DNA of 64,000 nt from Candidatus Poribacteria bacterium (lineage in GTDB: Bacteria; Poribacteria; WGA-4E; JAJDTR01): positions 4,352,001 through 4,416,000 of the forward strand of contig CBDCTK010000002.1 of NCBI GenBank assembly GCA_965222225.1, written 5' to 3'. This document shows, in pieces, positions 1-8,845 of the stretch. The notes under the pieces are model-generated. The model searched no databases and was not told the origin of the DNA. It worked only from the letters and a program-made list of their open reading frames with translations. Positions within the stretch are counted from its first letter, which is position 1. Each line of letters opens with the position of its first letter. A program made the translations under genes and the position numbers.

Positions 1-223
1 TTGCACGCACCGCCGTCCGATGAATGACCCTCGTTGTACTCACTGACACGATTGAAACACTCCCTTTCGGACTGGTGGCAAGCCCCGACGGCTATTCCGA
101 GTTTCATCAAGTGGCTACAGGAGAACGCACGCTTTCGCGCGGATATGAAATACAAGGGCGGATCGCTTCGATTAACCGAGCCGGATATTCAAGTCCAACT
201 ATAGAAGGTAAGGAGATTTTCCG

Positions 224-745
224 ATGAAACTACTTTTACTCATTGCCGCTTTGATAAGCCTGTCGTCCTGCGCTTCAATTGAAAATCTTGGTCAAGCCCT
301 TGGTGGTGGCGGGGTGGAACCCGTCGACGGCAAATACTACATAGAATTGACGTATTTTAAAGAATCGACGACCAAACACCACTTCAAGGGGAAGTCCCCC
401 GCACAGGTTATGAAGAATCTCTCTGAAAATGCCTTTCTTAGAGAACAGCCGAAATATCTTTCTCGTGGTCGCGCCCAGGCGTATTATTACTGCCTTGACT
501 CACCCCGGTTTGTTCGCTATGTCCAGCTACATACGGCAGCCCCGATAAAGAACATCGATGTCTATGTCTGGGAGGGGGAGAACTGGGTGATTGTCCGTCA
601 ACTGTCAAAACCGATTAGCGCTAAAACTCGTATCGGCATCAATAGGCGCACGAGCGCTATTCGTGTTGTCCAAAAGACCGTGGACCTGGGACGAAAGCCG
701 ATGGACAGGATTACGGACTTTGATGTATACGTCCAGAAAAAGTGA
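224..745 (+). CDS. Putative lipoprotein, hypothetical (C-terminal beta-sandwich-like region)
   Basis: 173-aa ORF, SD AAGGAG upstream, signal peptide with lipobox LSSC. Confidence 0.7.
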   Translation: MKLLLLIAALISLSSCASIENLGQALGGGGVEPVDGKYYIELTYFKESTTKHHFKGKSPAQVMKNLSENAFLREQPKYLSRGRAQAYYYCLDSPRFVRYVQLHTAAPIKNIDVYVWEGENWVIVRQLSKPISAKTRIGINRRTSAIRVVQKTVDLGRKPMDRITDFDVYVQKK

Positions 746-833
746 GGATAGGCAAAAGGAACAACATCGATGAGTAAACTTCAAGACCTCGCCGCTCTCA
801 TGCGCGATTCATCCGAACAACGAAGAAAAGGAG

Positions 834-1052
834 GTGATGATCGGTCTCCGTTCTCAGAGCGTCAGACGCCAAGACAAGCGCCGCGGTCGAGAGAAAGACG
901 TTGACCTCACCGCCGTGTGCGATCACTGTCACGCCATGCTCCACCGAAAGTACGATCAACGCCGGTTGCGTTCTTTCTCGACTCACCCTCCCCTTTTGCT
1001 AACTTATACCGATGTTACTTCGATACCCTTGTCAGGGAGCGCAAGGATATAA
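834..1052 (+). pseudogene. Possible HNH endonuclease C-terminal remnant
   Basis: GREKDVDLTAVCDHCHAMLH resembles the HNH C-terminal CxxCHxxxH motif; the N-terminal CxxC/His half is absent. Confidence 0.4.
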
Positions 1053-1229
1053 TCGGACGGATCTTTGTCGTCGTCCGTCCGTGTCGATCCGTTCGCTTTG
1101 CTTATAGTCCGCCAAAAAAGTCTCAATGATTCGCCGCATCGTTTGACCAACGGTCCTGTCGGTTTGCTCGGCAACCTCGCGTAACTCCTCGAGCACTTGC
1201 GGCGGCAATCGAAGAGAGCACACTTTCAT
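1032..1229 (-). CDS. Ribbon-helix-helix (CopG-like) DNA-binding protein
   Basis: MKVCSLRLPPQVLEELREVAEQTDRTVGQTMRRIIETFL fits the beta-alpha-alpha RHH pattern; the open in-frame upstream sequence reads RGRPKK. Confidence 0.6.
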   Translation of the reverse strand: MKVCSLRLPPQVLEELREVAEQTDRTVGQTMRRIIETFLADYKQSERIDTDGRRQRSVRLYPCAP

Positions 1230-1482
1230 TACCTCGTCCTTTTCCTTTTTCGGGCGTCCGCGTATTGGCTCGCTCGTTTTTTCCCCCGCGTCTCCGTTGC
1301 CGGCTTTACCGCCCTTCCATTTTACCCTATCCCTCGCTCCAGTGCAAACCGTTAGAATTAACGTAATTTTTCGTATACTTTTATGTTGACGCTCTCAACC
1401 ACCATTACTTATAATTCCCGTTGAGCCAACAAAACTTCCCCGACAATACACTACTAACATTTTGCGACTATAATGAATCTCC

Positions 1483-1531
1483 TCTCCTTTACTTCCCATC
1501 TTTGAAACGGGCGATTGCGCCCCGTTCCGCC
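1483..1531. repeat. 49-bp direct repeat copy 1 (recombinase 3' end, stop and downstream SD); candidate att core
   Basis: 47/49 identical to 2888..2936. Confidence 0.85.
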
Positions 1532-2421
1532 ATTTCCGCCTTCGCGTAATGCGCCGGCATGTCCGCAGACTTCCATCTGCCCGCCGTCTGCATGTCCACA
1601 ACCGACGCCCCCGCCCGTGCCAATGATACCGCAGACCCTACACGGAGCGAGTGTCCACTGATGAATCCTTCCACGCCGGCTTCGGCAGACCACCGCTTGA
1701 TTGCGTCTCTCGCTCCGTTTGCCGTCAATCTGCCTTTGCCCAGGTGTTGCTGGTATCGCACTCTCCGGAACAATGCGCCGCGATCGATTCCCGACTTCCG
1801 CAGGTAACGCTTAATCACCCGCCGCGTGGATTCGCAGATATACAACGCCTCGCCGCGACCTTCCTGATCGGTCTTACTAGACTTGATCCGGAGCGTACTC
1901 CCCTTGATGTCCCCGACATTGACCGCAACCACTTCCGAGATACGCAACAGGCAATCGCTCATCAGGTTAATCAGCACAGAATCCCTCAGCCCCGCCAACG
2001 TCCGAGACGCTTCTGCGAAACTGGAGACCCGCTCCACATCCTTCCATGTCAACCCGTCCACTTGACCGCGACCGCGTTCCTTGCCTTCGCGCCGTATCCC
2101 CGCCAGTGTCCGCAAGGTGATTGCCCCTACCACATCCGGACGATCGATATTCTTGGCTTGCCACTTGACCGCCGCCACAACTTGAGCAATCGTGCTAGGG
2201 GCTTTGCCGCACTGGTGGAGTTGCGTGATGTATTCGGCAACCACGGCGTCTTTGAGAGGTTCGCTATTCGCTCGCTTCATTGCATACAGCCATGCGTTCA
2301 ACTCCACTAACGCCCTTCGATACGCTTTGAGCGTGTTATCCGATACGCCGGCTTTGATCAACTCCTTCGTGTCCACACTGATTGCGACTGCGTTCTTTTG
2401 CCCGATTGCCAATGCGTCCAT
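1489..2421 (-). CDS. Tyrosine recombinase/integrase (Cre-like)
   Basis: 310 aa; LRISE (Arg), SKTDQ (Lys), GHSLRVG (HxxR), GRW and HY (catalytic Tyr). Confidence 0.92.
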   Translation of the reverse strand: MDALAIGQKNAVAISVDTKELIKAGVSDNTLKAYRRALVELNAWLYAMKRANSEPLKDAVVAEYITQLHQCGKAPSTIAQVVAAVKWQAKNIDRPDVVGAITLRTLAGIRREGKERGRGQVDGLTWKDVERVSSFAEASRTLAGLRDSVLINLMSDCLLRISEVVAVNVGDIKGSTLRIKSSKTDQEGRGEALYICESTRRVIKRYLRKSGIDRGALFRRVRYQQHLGKGRLTANGARDAIKRWSAEAGVEGFISGHSLRVGSAVSLARAGASVVDMQTAGRWKSADMPAHYAKAEMAERGAIARFKDGK

Positions 2422-2437
2422 GATCCACCCCCCCCCG

Positions 2438-2881
2438 TTAATCCGACAACCAGATTTGTCCGTTCTTGCCGTTCAGCATGACAAACCCGTTATTCTTGTC
2501 AACGCCCATCAATGCGCCGCGGTCGATCGATGGGTTCTTGTCATTAACCGCGACGAACCCGCCATGCCCTCCGATCGACATCCGAGCGTCGCCTTTGTGT
2601 CCCGCGACATTGATTCGCCCTCCGGTTTTATCGATGGTCATGATCGCGACGCCCTTCTCGCCATATACTACGACACTCCCGCCGTGTTCTTCGCTATTGA
2701 TGACAACGCTGGCGTAGCCGTCCGCACCTCGCACTCTAACCTCATCACAGGTTATCGTCCCAAACTCCGCATCCTTCACATCGTTTTGCGCTCCGAGTGG
2801 CGCGAACGAACCCGCCGCCATCACCAGAACCGCCCCGACAACGCCACCAATTATCGCCGCATAGATCGCGTCTTGTTTCAT
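2438..2881 (-). CDS. Secreted/membrane-anchored Gly-rich beta-repeat protein (FGxITC paralog 1)
   Basis: N-terminal hydrophobic helix, FGTITC motif, repeated xxGGxVxV units, C-terminal KNG; paralogous to 3625..4212 and 6087..6776. Confidence 0.75.
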   Translation of the reverse strand: MKQDAIYAAIIGGVVGAVLVMAAGSFAPLGAQNDVKDAEFGTITCDEVRVRGADGYASVVINSEEHGGSVVVYGEKGVAIMTIDKTGGRINVAGHKGDARMSIGGHGGFVAVNDKNPSIDRGALMGVDKNNGFVMLNGKNGQIWLSD

Positions 2882-2887
2882 CTGTTT

Positions 2888-2936
2888 TCTCCTTTACTTT
2901 CCATCTTTGAAACGGGCGATCGCGCCCCGTTCCGCC
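2888..2936. repeat. 49-bp direct repeat copy 2; candidate att core
   Basis: 47/49 identical to 1483..1531; encodes AERGAIARFKDGK*. Confidence 0.85.
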
Positions 2937-3556
2937 CGCTCTATTATTTTAGCTAATCGCCGTGTTACCCACACCATCAGCAGCACAATGGCGAGCAAGC
3001 CAAATGCTTGTCCGCCACTTTCTCGTCCTTCCACTATCTTCGGTACCGCTTCGGTCACGGCTCGGACACTGCTGACGAGTATATCCCCCATACCGATCAC
3101 GGCGGCGCCGACCATACCGCTCCTGCCGGCACGTTTCTCTTGGGTCTCCCACCACTCTTTCGTTACCGGTCTCCAATCCCCCTCGATGGCAGACTCGCCG
3201 AACCGCTTGGGCGCGTCGGCGTAACGGCGCAGCCTAGCCGTGCCTTGCCCAATCCGCTGTCGCGCTTCGTTGTAGGTATGCCCTTCGCCCATCTCGTCGA
3301 AGATGAACTCCGCATCGCCGATAGAGAGTTCGCCCGATATCAGACGGCTCGCCAAGTCCTGTCCGTCCGGGTGTTCGTCCCACCACTTGTCAAGGTCCAT
3401 ATCCGCAAAGTTCTTGCCGGTGGTATCCGATTCTGGCATTGGATTTACTTGCTCAACTGCGCTCGGTTCGTTGAGCAGCGAAATGCAGGTCCCGATGATT
3501 ATTCCGACCAGCACGCCGCCTGCTATCCTGTAATACAGTCGCACTCTTGGCTTCAT
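2894..3556 (-). CDS. Hypothetical membrane protein ending in the recombinase C-terminal peptide
   Basis: 220 aa, SD GGAGGTG, N- and C-terminal TM segments, last 13 aa identical to the recombinase. Confidence 0.65.
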   Translation of the reverse strand: MKPRVRLYYRIAGGVLVGIIIGTCISLLNEPSAVEQVNPMPESDTTGKNFADMDLDKWWDEHPDGQDLASRLISGELSIGDAEFIFDEMGEGHTYNEARQRIGQGTARLRRYADAPKRFGESAIEGDWRPVTKEWWETQEKRAGRSGMVGAAVIGMGDILVSSVRAVTEAVPKIVEGRESGGQAFGLLAIVLLMVWVTRRLAKIIERAERGAIARFKDGK

Positions 3557-3624
3557 GATTCCATCACCTCCATGCAGCGTGTTATTTCCTCGATAGTCTC
3601 GTTAGTTTTAAGAGCTAGATTTTT

Positions 3625-4212
3625 TCAGTCCAACGTAGCCAACTTCCCGTTCTTGTCCGTCGTCGTCACCTCTCCGTTGCCGTCTTCTTTAACACCCATT
3701 GCAGCGCCGGATTTTCCATCCTCGCCAACCACGCGGACGACACCACCATCTTTATCAACGAACATCGACGCGCCGGATATTCCTCCAGACACGCTGACAG
3801 CGCCGCCATATTCATAGATTCGCATCGACGCGCCGCTGGTTAGTGTATCCTTGTCAGCCACGTGGATGTAACCGCCGCCATAAATTCCCATTTCTGCCCT
3901 GGCTTTTCCCTCCTCGCCAACCACGCGGATGCGCCCGCCATGTTCATCAACGACCATTGACGCGCCGGTTTTTCCATCCTTGCTATAAACGCGGACGACA
4001 CCGCCCTTGCCGTATTCATCACCGCGCATTTCCGCGCCGAGCTCTCCCTCCGCGTCAACCACCTTTATCTCCCGACAGGTTATCGTTCCGAACACCGCAT
4101 CCGGAGCGTTATTAAACGCCCCGCTCGGAGAGGTCAACCCCGCCGCCAACATGCCAACCAACATCAAGAACCCACCCAACGCGATATATCCCAATTTCTC
4201 TCGGTATTTCAC
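3625..4212 (-). CDS. Secreted Gly-rich beta-repeat protein (FGxITC paralog 2)
   Basis: 195 aa, SD AAGGAG, FGTITC, ~22-aa internal repeats (DEYGKGGVVRV, DEHGGRIRV, DKDGGVVRV), ends DKNGKLATLD. Confidence 0.8.
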   Translation of the reverse strand: MKYREKLGYIALGGFLMLVGMLAAGLTSPSGAFNNAPDAVFGTITCREIKVVDAEGELGAEMRGDEYGKGGVVRVYSKDGKTGASMVVDEHGGRIRVVGEEGKARAEMGIYGGGYIHVADKDTLTSGASMRIYEYGGAVSVSGGISGASMFVDKDGGVVRVVGEDGKSGAAMGVKEDGNGEVTTTDKNGKLATLD

Positions 4213-4225
4213 GATGCTTCTCCTT

Positions 4226-4365
4226 TCATTTCAGCGTTTCCAAGCGATAGCCGTTCTTGTCCCAAGTATTTACCGCACCGTTCCCAAACCCATTAACGCC
4301 TGTTGCGGCTCGGTTTGGTGTACATGGCAAAAGACCTGGACGCGCCCGCCATGTGCATAATCAAT
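4226..4365 (-). pseudogene. 3' remnant of a fourth FGxITC-family paralog
   Basis: Hand translation gives GVNGFGNGAVNTWDKNGYRLETLK*, close to the end of 6087..6776 (AVNEYGNGAVGTWDKNGYRLATLK); frameshifted, no 5' part. Confidence 0.75.
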
Positions 4366-4401
4366 CTTCTTAGCTCTTCAGAGCGCTCAATCCAAGCCGC
4401 G

Positions 4402-4671
4402 TTATCGCGTTATCTTGTAATACCCTGTGGCTGGCGACTCCAGTAGCCCGCGCCTGACAAGAGATCTACATGGGGCATTGCAGAGATGGTAGAAAACGTT
4501 GTCCCCATTCGGGTAACGCCTATTCCTCTGTTCCGTGGTAAGGGTAAACTGCTCTGCCAACGCATCCACAATTTTCTTACATCTGTGTTCTCCACCCCTT
4601 GCAACGTACCGAACGATAGCCTCTTCAATGTCACTATCCTCAGGCATATCAGGGTGTACCATCCTTTCCAT
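4402..4671 (-). CDS. Stand-alone Mrr N-terminal (winged-helix) domain protein
   Basis: GGEHRCKKIVDALAEQFTLTTEQRNRRYPNGDNVF...GLLESPATGYYKIT matches the Mrr_N pattern; ATG 4671 follows SD AAGGAG. Confidence 0.75.
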   Translation of the reverse strand: MERMVHPDMPEDSDIEEAIVRYVARGGEHRCKKIVDALAEQFTLTTEQRNRRYPNGDNVFYHLCNAPCRSLVRRGLLESPATGYYKITR

Positions 4672-4855
4672 AATGAATCTCCTTGTTTTAACATGATGAT
4701 GCTCCTGGGCGAACGATGGCATTACCAACCCCCAGCGAGTCAGCCGACAACCTAAAATTGCGATTGTCTAAAGTAATAATTGACTATCTACGGTATCGAA
4801 GAACATAAAGCAATACCGAAAACTTTTATCCATTGCTACTTTTCACTAAAGAACC

Positions 4856-4976
4856 AATCAAGCGGCTGAATAAGGAGCAACCGAGTGAATAACGAGGGAT
4901 CAAAGGAATGAATAATGACTGCGATAGAAAGTCTTGATAGTGATCCCAATGAGATAGAACTCCCATAGAGGTTCCC
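4856..4976 (-). repeat. Nested cluster of the GGATCTCTATCGC-N18-YGAT micro-element
   Basis: On the minus strand: four left halves, one full core (agtc att attc attc ctt) and two further right halves, next to the host motif TAGAGACTGGTGCGCA. Confidence 0.75.
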
Positions 4977-5268
4977 TGCGCACCAGTCTCTAGATAGCCT
5001 TCTTCCTAGACAAGCCTGCGAACTATACGCCGGGAGCAAGCGAAATGACCAGACACTAGACTTCCCGGTTTACGCGCCGACAAAGTGAAAATGTTCTGTG
5101 AGAAATGAAAATTGAAAAAATTCTGTGTGAATTTATGTGCAGGCAAGGCTTAATATCGCAAGGGTACCCAGATCGGGGATCGCATCTCTTGGCGCGACAC
5201 GGTTGATGCTCTGAGATTGCCGACTGGGAAAAGGGAAGGCAAAGATACTGGGAAACCATCACCCATCA

Positions 5269-6073
5269 TCACTTCCCATAGAAGAACCGAGCCACCGCCC
5301 CCCGTTCCGCCAGCTCCGCCCGCGCATAATGCGCCGGCATCTTTGGACCCTTCCATCTCCCCGCCGTCTGCATATCCACCACCGAGGCCCAGCTTGCGCC
5401 AACGACACCGCAGCCCCCACACGAAGCGAGTGTCCGGAGATGAATCCCGCAACACCCGCTTCGGCAGCCCGGCGCTTAATCGCGTTCCGAGCTCCGTTCA
5501 CCGAAAGCCTATCTGGTGTGATATGCTTCTGCCAGCGCACTCTCCGGAACAGAGCGCCCTCCTCTATCCCGGCAGCTTTACGATACTTCCGAATTACTTT
5601 GTGAGTCGGAGCTCCGACATACAACGCCACGCCTTCGCCCTCCTGATCCGCCTTACTGGCGCGAACCGTGAGCACCTTGCCGATATCCTCGACGTTGACC
5701 GCGACCACCTCCGAGATTCGCAACAAGCAATCGCTCATCAGCCGCATCATCGCCGAATCCCTCAGCCCCGCCAATGTCTTGCTCGCTTCCGCAAACGAAC
5801 ACACGCGCTCCATGCCCACCCGCGTTAGCCCGTCCACCTGACCGCGGCAACCGCTTGAGCGATAGTCGCCGGCGATCTCCCCGCAGTATGCAGCTCTGCA
5901 AAATATTCCGCCAACAGCCGATCATCAAGACCCCGACCCCCCAGCCAGTTTTCCAGCTTCTTCAGTGCGTGCCGATACGCTTTCAGCGTGTTATCCGACA
6001 CACTCGCCCGAATCAGATGTGCCGTACCTACCGATACCGGCATGTTTGCTTCTACTCGTGTTAGTTGATTCAT
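5269..6073 (-). pseudogene. Second Cre-like tyrosine recombinase, inactivated
   Basis: Paralog of 1489..2421; internal deletion/frameshift near 5840 and a second frameshift near 5385; the original end reads ...HYARAELAERGAVARFFYGK*. Confidence 0.88.
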
Positions 6074-6086
6074 AATTCGCCCTCTT

Positions 6087-6776
6087 TTACTTCAACGTTG
6101 CCAATCGATACCCATTCTTATCCCAGGTGCCAACCGCGCCGTTCCCGTACTCATTCACGGCCATCATCGCTTGTCCTTCTGAATCTCCCTTGCCTTGAAC
6201 GGAGACGAATCCACCATTGTCATTGACGCCAATAATCGCCCCGCCGGTGTCCATCTCTTTGCCCACAGCACCTAGGAAACCGCCCTGCTCGTTGATTTCC
6301 ACCGATGCCTTTCCTCTGTTCTCTCCCTTGCCATAAACCGAGAGATGTCCACCGTGCTCATTAACCCCTATAACTACATGCTTTCTTAGAAGGTTGCCGT
6401 AAATTTCGACTGTTCCATCGCGCGTTTGTCCGTTCATAAATCCCAATTGTACGCTTTTAACAGAGGCGGCATCACGATTCTCCATACGGGGAAAGCACAT
6501 TATATGCCCTCCATACTCACCAGCCTCCATAAACACACCGCGGAGATACGTAGGCGTGTTCGACCAGATTCCAACAATGCCACCAGTTTCCCCAGAACCG
6601 AGCTCAACCATCGGACGCCCCGCAGGATTAATCACCTTCAACCCCGTACAAGTTATTTCCCCAAACCTATCCGATTGACCTTGCACTCCAAGCGGGAAAA
6701 ACGAACACACCACCATCGTCAACACCGCTCCAACACATCCGCCTATTACCGCATACAACCGCTCTTTTGCTTTCAT
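6087..6776 (-). CDS. Secreted Gly-rich beta-repeat protein (FGxITC paralog 3)
   Basis: 229 aa, signal helix, FGEITC, repeated VNExGG units, ends TWDKNGYRLATLK. Confidence 0.8.
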   Translation of the reverse strand: MKAKERLYAVIGGCVGAVLTMVVCSFFPLGVQGQSDRFGEITCTGLKVINPAGRPMVELGSGETGGIVGIWSNTPTYLRGVFMEAGEYGGHIMCFPRMENRDAASVKSVQLGFMNGQTRDGTVEIYGNLLRKHVVIGVNEHGGHLSVYGKGENRGKASVEINEQGGFLGAVGKEMDTGGAIIGVNDNGGFVSVQGKGDSEGQAMMAVNEYGNGAVGTWDKNGYRLATLK

Positions 6777-6891
6777 GCGTTTATCCTTTCATGCGAAAAC
6801 AATAATTCTTCAACTATAAATAACCGTAATCACCTAGACTCCAACTAGATGCGGTCTATTAAGAACTTTGCCCTGGCATACTACCTGCGCT

Positions 6892-7752
6892 TTAGCTGTT
6901 TAGCACGCCAATCGCCTTAAAACAAGTCAGCGCTAACCTTCGAAATTGACTTAGGTAACACTCTTGCTCATCTCTCTGCCAGTCTTGTGGTACATTCGCT
7001 GGATGGCCCGCTTCGTTCCGATTTAGGCGGTATATGTTAGCCAATCCCTCCAACTTCCCCTTGAGTTCACTTCGCAATGTTGGATCCAAGGATTTGAATA
7101 AGTCGGTTGCCTTATCCACTAAGTGACGTGTTAATGCGGATATATTGGGCTTGCTGTCAATATCGCCCTTGCATTGCGGATTGCATAGAATTACCGCTTC
7201 CGCAAGACACTTTATAGTTCTCTCGGACGCTGCTCCGAGACAGATAACCGAGGAAATATAATTTCCGTTTTGGCAAGTACGCAGACTCTCCAAGTAATAC
7301 TGCTCCACAACCCCATCGAGATTGGGAATCTCCTTTTTCAGTGATTGCACAATCTCAAGTGATTGCACAATTTCATAGGGATCATCCACTAAAATCATTA
7401 TCCCGTCATCAAACTCCGACTTTTCACCGACGGACGTGAGACGAACACTACCATGTACAGTGGGAACATAACCTTCGCAACACCACTAATTTGCCTCCAT
7501 CAGCAATCCCCGTTGCTTGAGCCGCCCAATTGCTTCGTAAAACTTAAAAAGAAACGACTTATTTTTTTTGATATAACTACCATCGTCATCCTCCTTTCCA
7601 TACCTAGACTTCCGGGGGCAAAGTTGATTCTGCAAATCCTCTAAGCCGATACAGGGTAGATGCCGCTCTTTTTTCAAAAAGCAAAAAATAACTCGTGTAA
7701 GTTCCTCTATAGTGCACTGCTCCCTCTGTGTCTTATCCAACGCAAAATTCAT
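6892..7752 (-). pseudogene. Putative HEPN-like (RNxxxH) protein interrupted by one in-frame TAG
   Basis: ORFs 7486..7752 and 6892..7398 share a frame with only TAG 7486-7488 between them; C-terminal RNEAGH motif; 18-bp tandem duplication at 7340..7375 (EIVQSL x2). Confidence 0.6.
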
Positions 7753-7886
7753 AACATTTCTCCTTCTAATCGTGCGAACTTAGTTTGGTTGTCGTTCTTT
7801 ACTGAAATTGACGGAATGTCAATCCAGCAATAAACAAACCTCGCAAAACCATCGTATTGTGTATAAGGGAAATACAACCAAGTGAA

Positions 7887-8669
7887 TTACTTCTCACTCT
7901 CCTTTGCCTTATCCCAGATTTCGTCGAGGCCTGCCAAATCGTAATCCTTGAATGAATCGCCGCGGCGTTCCAGTTCCTTCTCCATCGCCTTGAAACGACC
8001 GACAAACTTGCGATTTGCCTTCCGTAGCGCCTCCTCCGCCTGCACATCCAGAAATCGACACAAATTGACAATCGAAAATAGGAGGTCGCCAATCTCCAAC
8101 TCAATCTCTTTAGGGTTACTATCTTGGATGCTCGCCTTCAATTCGGCAATTTCTTCGTCGATTTTTGGGAGCACGTCTGAAATGTCGTTCCAGTCGAATC
8201 CCACGCGGGCGGCTTTGCGCTGAAGCTTCTGCGCTCGTTGCAGGTTCGGCAAGTGGTCAGGAACCCCGTCAAGAACGGATTTGCGATCTTCATAGCCCGA
8301 TTCACTTCGCTTAATCCGTTCCCAGTTCTTAAAAACCTGATCCGTATTGTTCGCGTCTTGGTCGCCGAAAACGTGCGGATGGCGGCGGATGAGTTTCTCT
8401 GTAAGTATCTTGATGACATCGCCGATGTCAAATTCTCCCTCATCTCTTGCGATTTGTGCGTGCAGCATGACATTGCCAAGGAGATCGCCGAGCTCTTCCC
8501 GTAGTTTCGTTGAATTTCCGGCGTCAATCGCTTCAACAACTTCATAGGTTTCTTCAATGAGATCTGGTTTAATCGATTCGTGAGTCTGTTCGCGGTCCCA
8601 CGGACAGCCGTTTTCACTTCGCAGCGTGGCAAAGACTTGCACCAGTTGATTGAAAAGTTCTTTGTGCAT
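7887..8669 (-). CDS. mazG: Nucleoside triphosphate pyrophosphohydrolase MazG
   Basis: GCPWDREQTHES, EETYE, EELGDLL, RRHPHVFG, GFDW, EIGDLLF. Confidence 0.95.
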   Translation of the reverse strand: MHKELFNQLVQVFATLRSENGCPWDREQTHESIKPDLIEETYEVVEAIDAGNSTKLREELGDLLGNVMLHAQIARDEGEFDIGDVIKILTEKLIRRHPHVFGDQDANNTDQVFKNWERIKRSESGYEDRKSVLDGVPDHLPNLQRAQKLQRKAARVGFDWNDISDVLPKIDEEIAELKASIQDSNPKEIELEIGDLLFSIVNLCRFLDVQAEEALRKANRKFVGRFKAMEKELERRGDSFKDYDLAGLDEIWDKAKESEK

Positions 8670-8713
8670 AATGAAACTATCCTTATGAATTGAGTGTTGA
8701 GAATTTCGGGGTT

Positions 8714-8783
8714 AGTTTACTACCGCCACCACTGTCTGTCAAGTCGGAAAACCTTTGACAGGCTAGGGACAAGGTGATATGAT
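8714..8783. promoter_or_regulatory. Back-to-back sigma70-type promoters
   Basis: Plus strand TTGACA(8755)-17-TATGAT(8778); minus strand TTGACA(8742-8737)-17-TAAACT(8719-8714). Confidence 0.7.
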
Positions 8784-8845
8784 TCGCTAGGCTAGGACTG
8801 TTTATAGAGAGCGCATTTTATGATTCTAGTTTCATAGAGGATGAA

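Noticed and set aside
1651-3817. Long plus-strand ORFs (1651..2310, 2192..2956, 3008..3817)
   Set aside because: Antisense shadows of well-supported minus-strand genes, with no recognisable motifs
4836-5262. Small minus-strand ORFs 4836..5039 and 5056..5262
   Set aside because: The first runs through the nested repeat stack; neither has recognisable domains
7486-7488. Pyrrolysine or recoded TAG
   Set aside because: TAG is a normal stop elsewhere in the window (e.g. 38104, 39177) and no pyl genes are visible; a nonsense mutation is simpler
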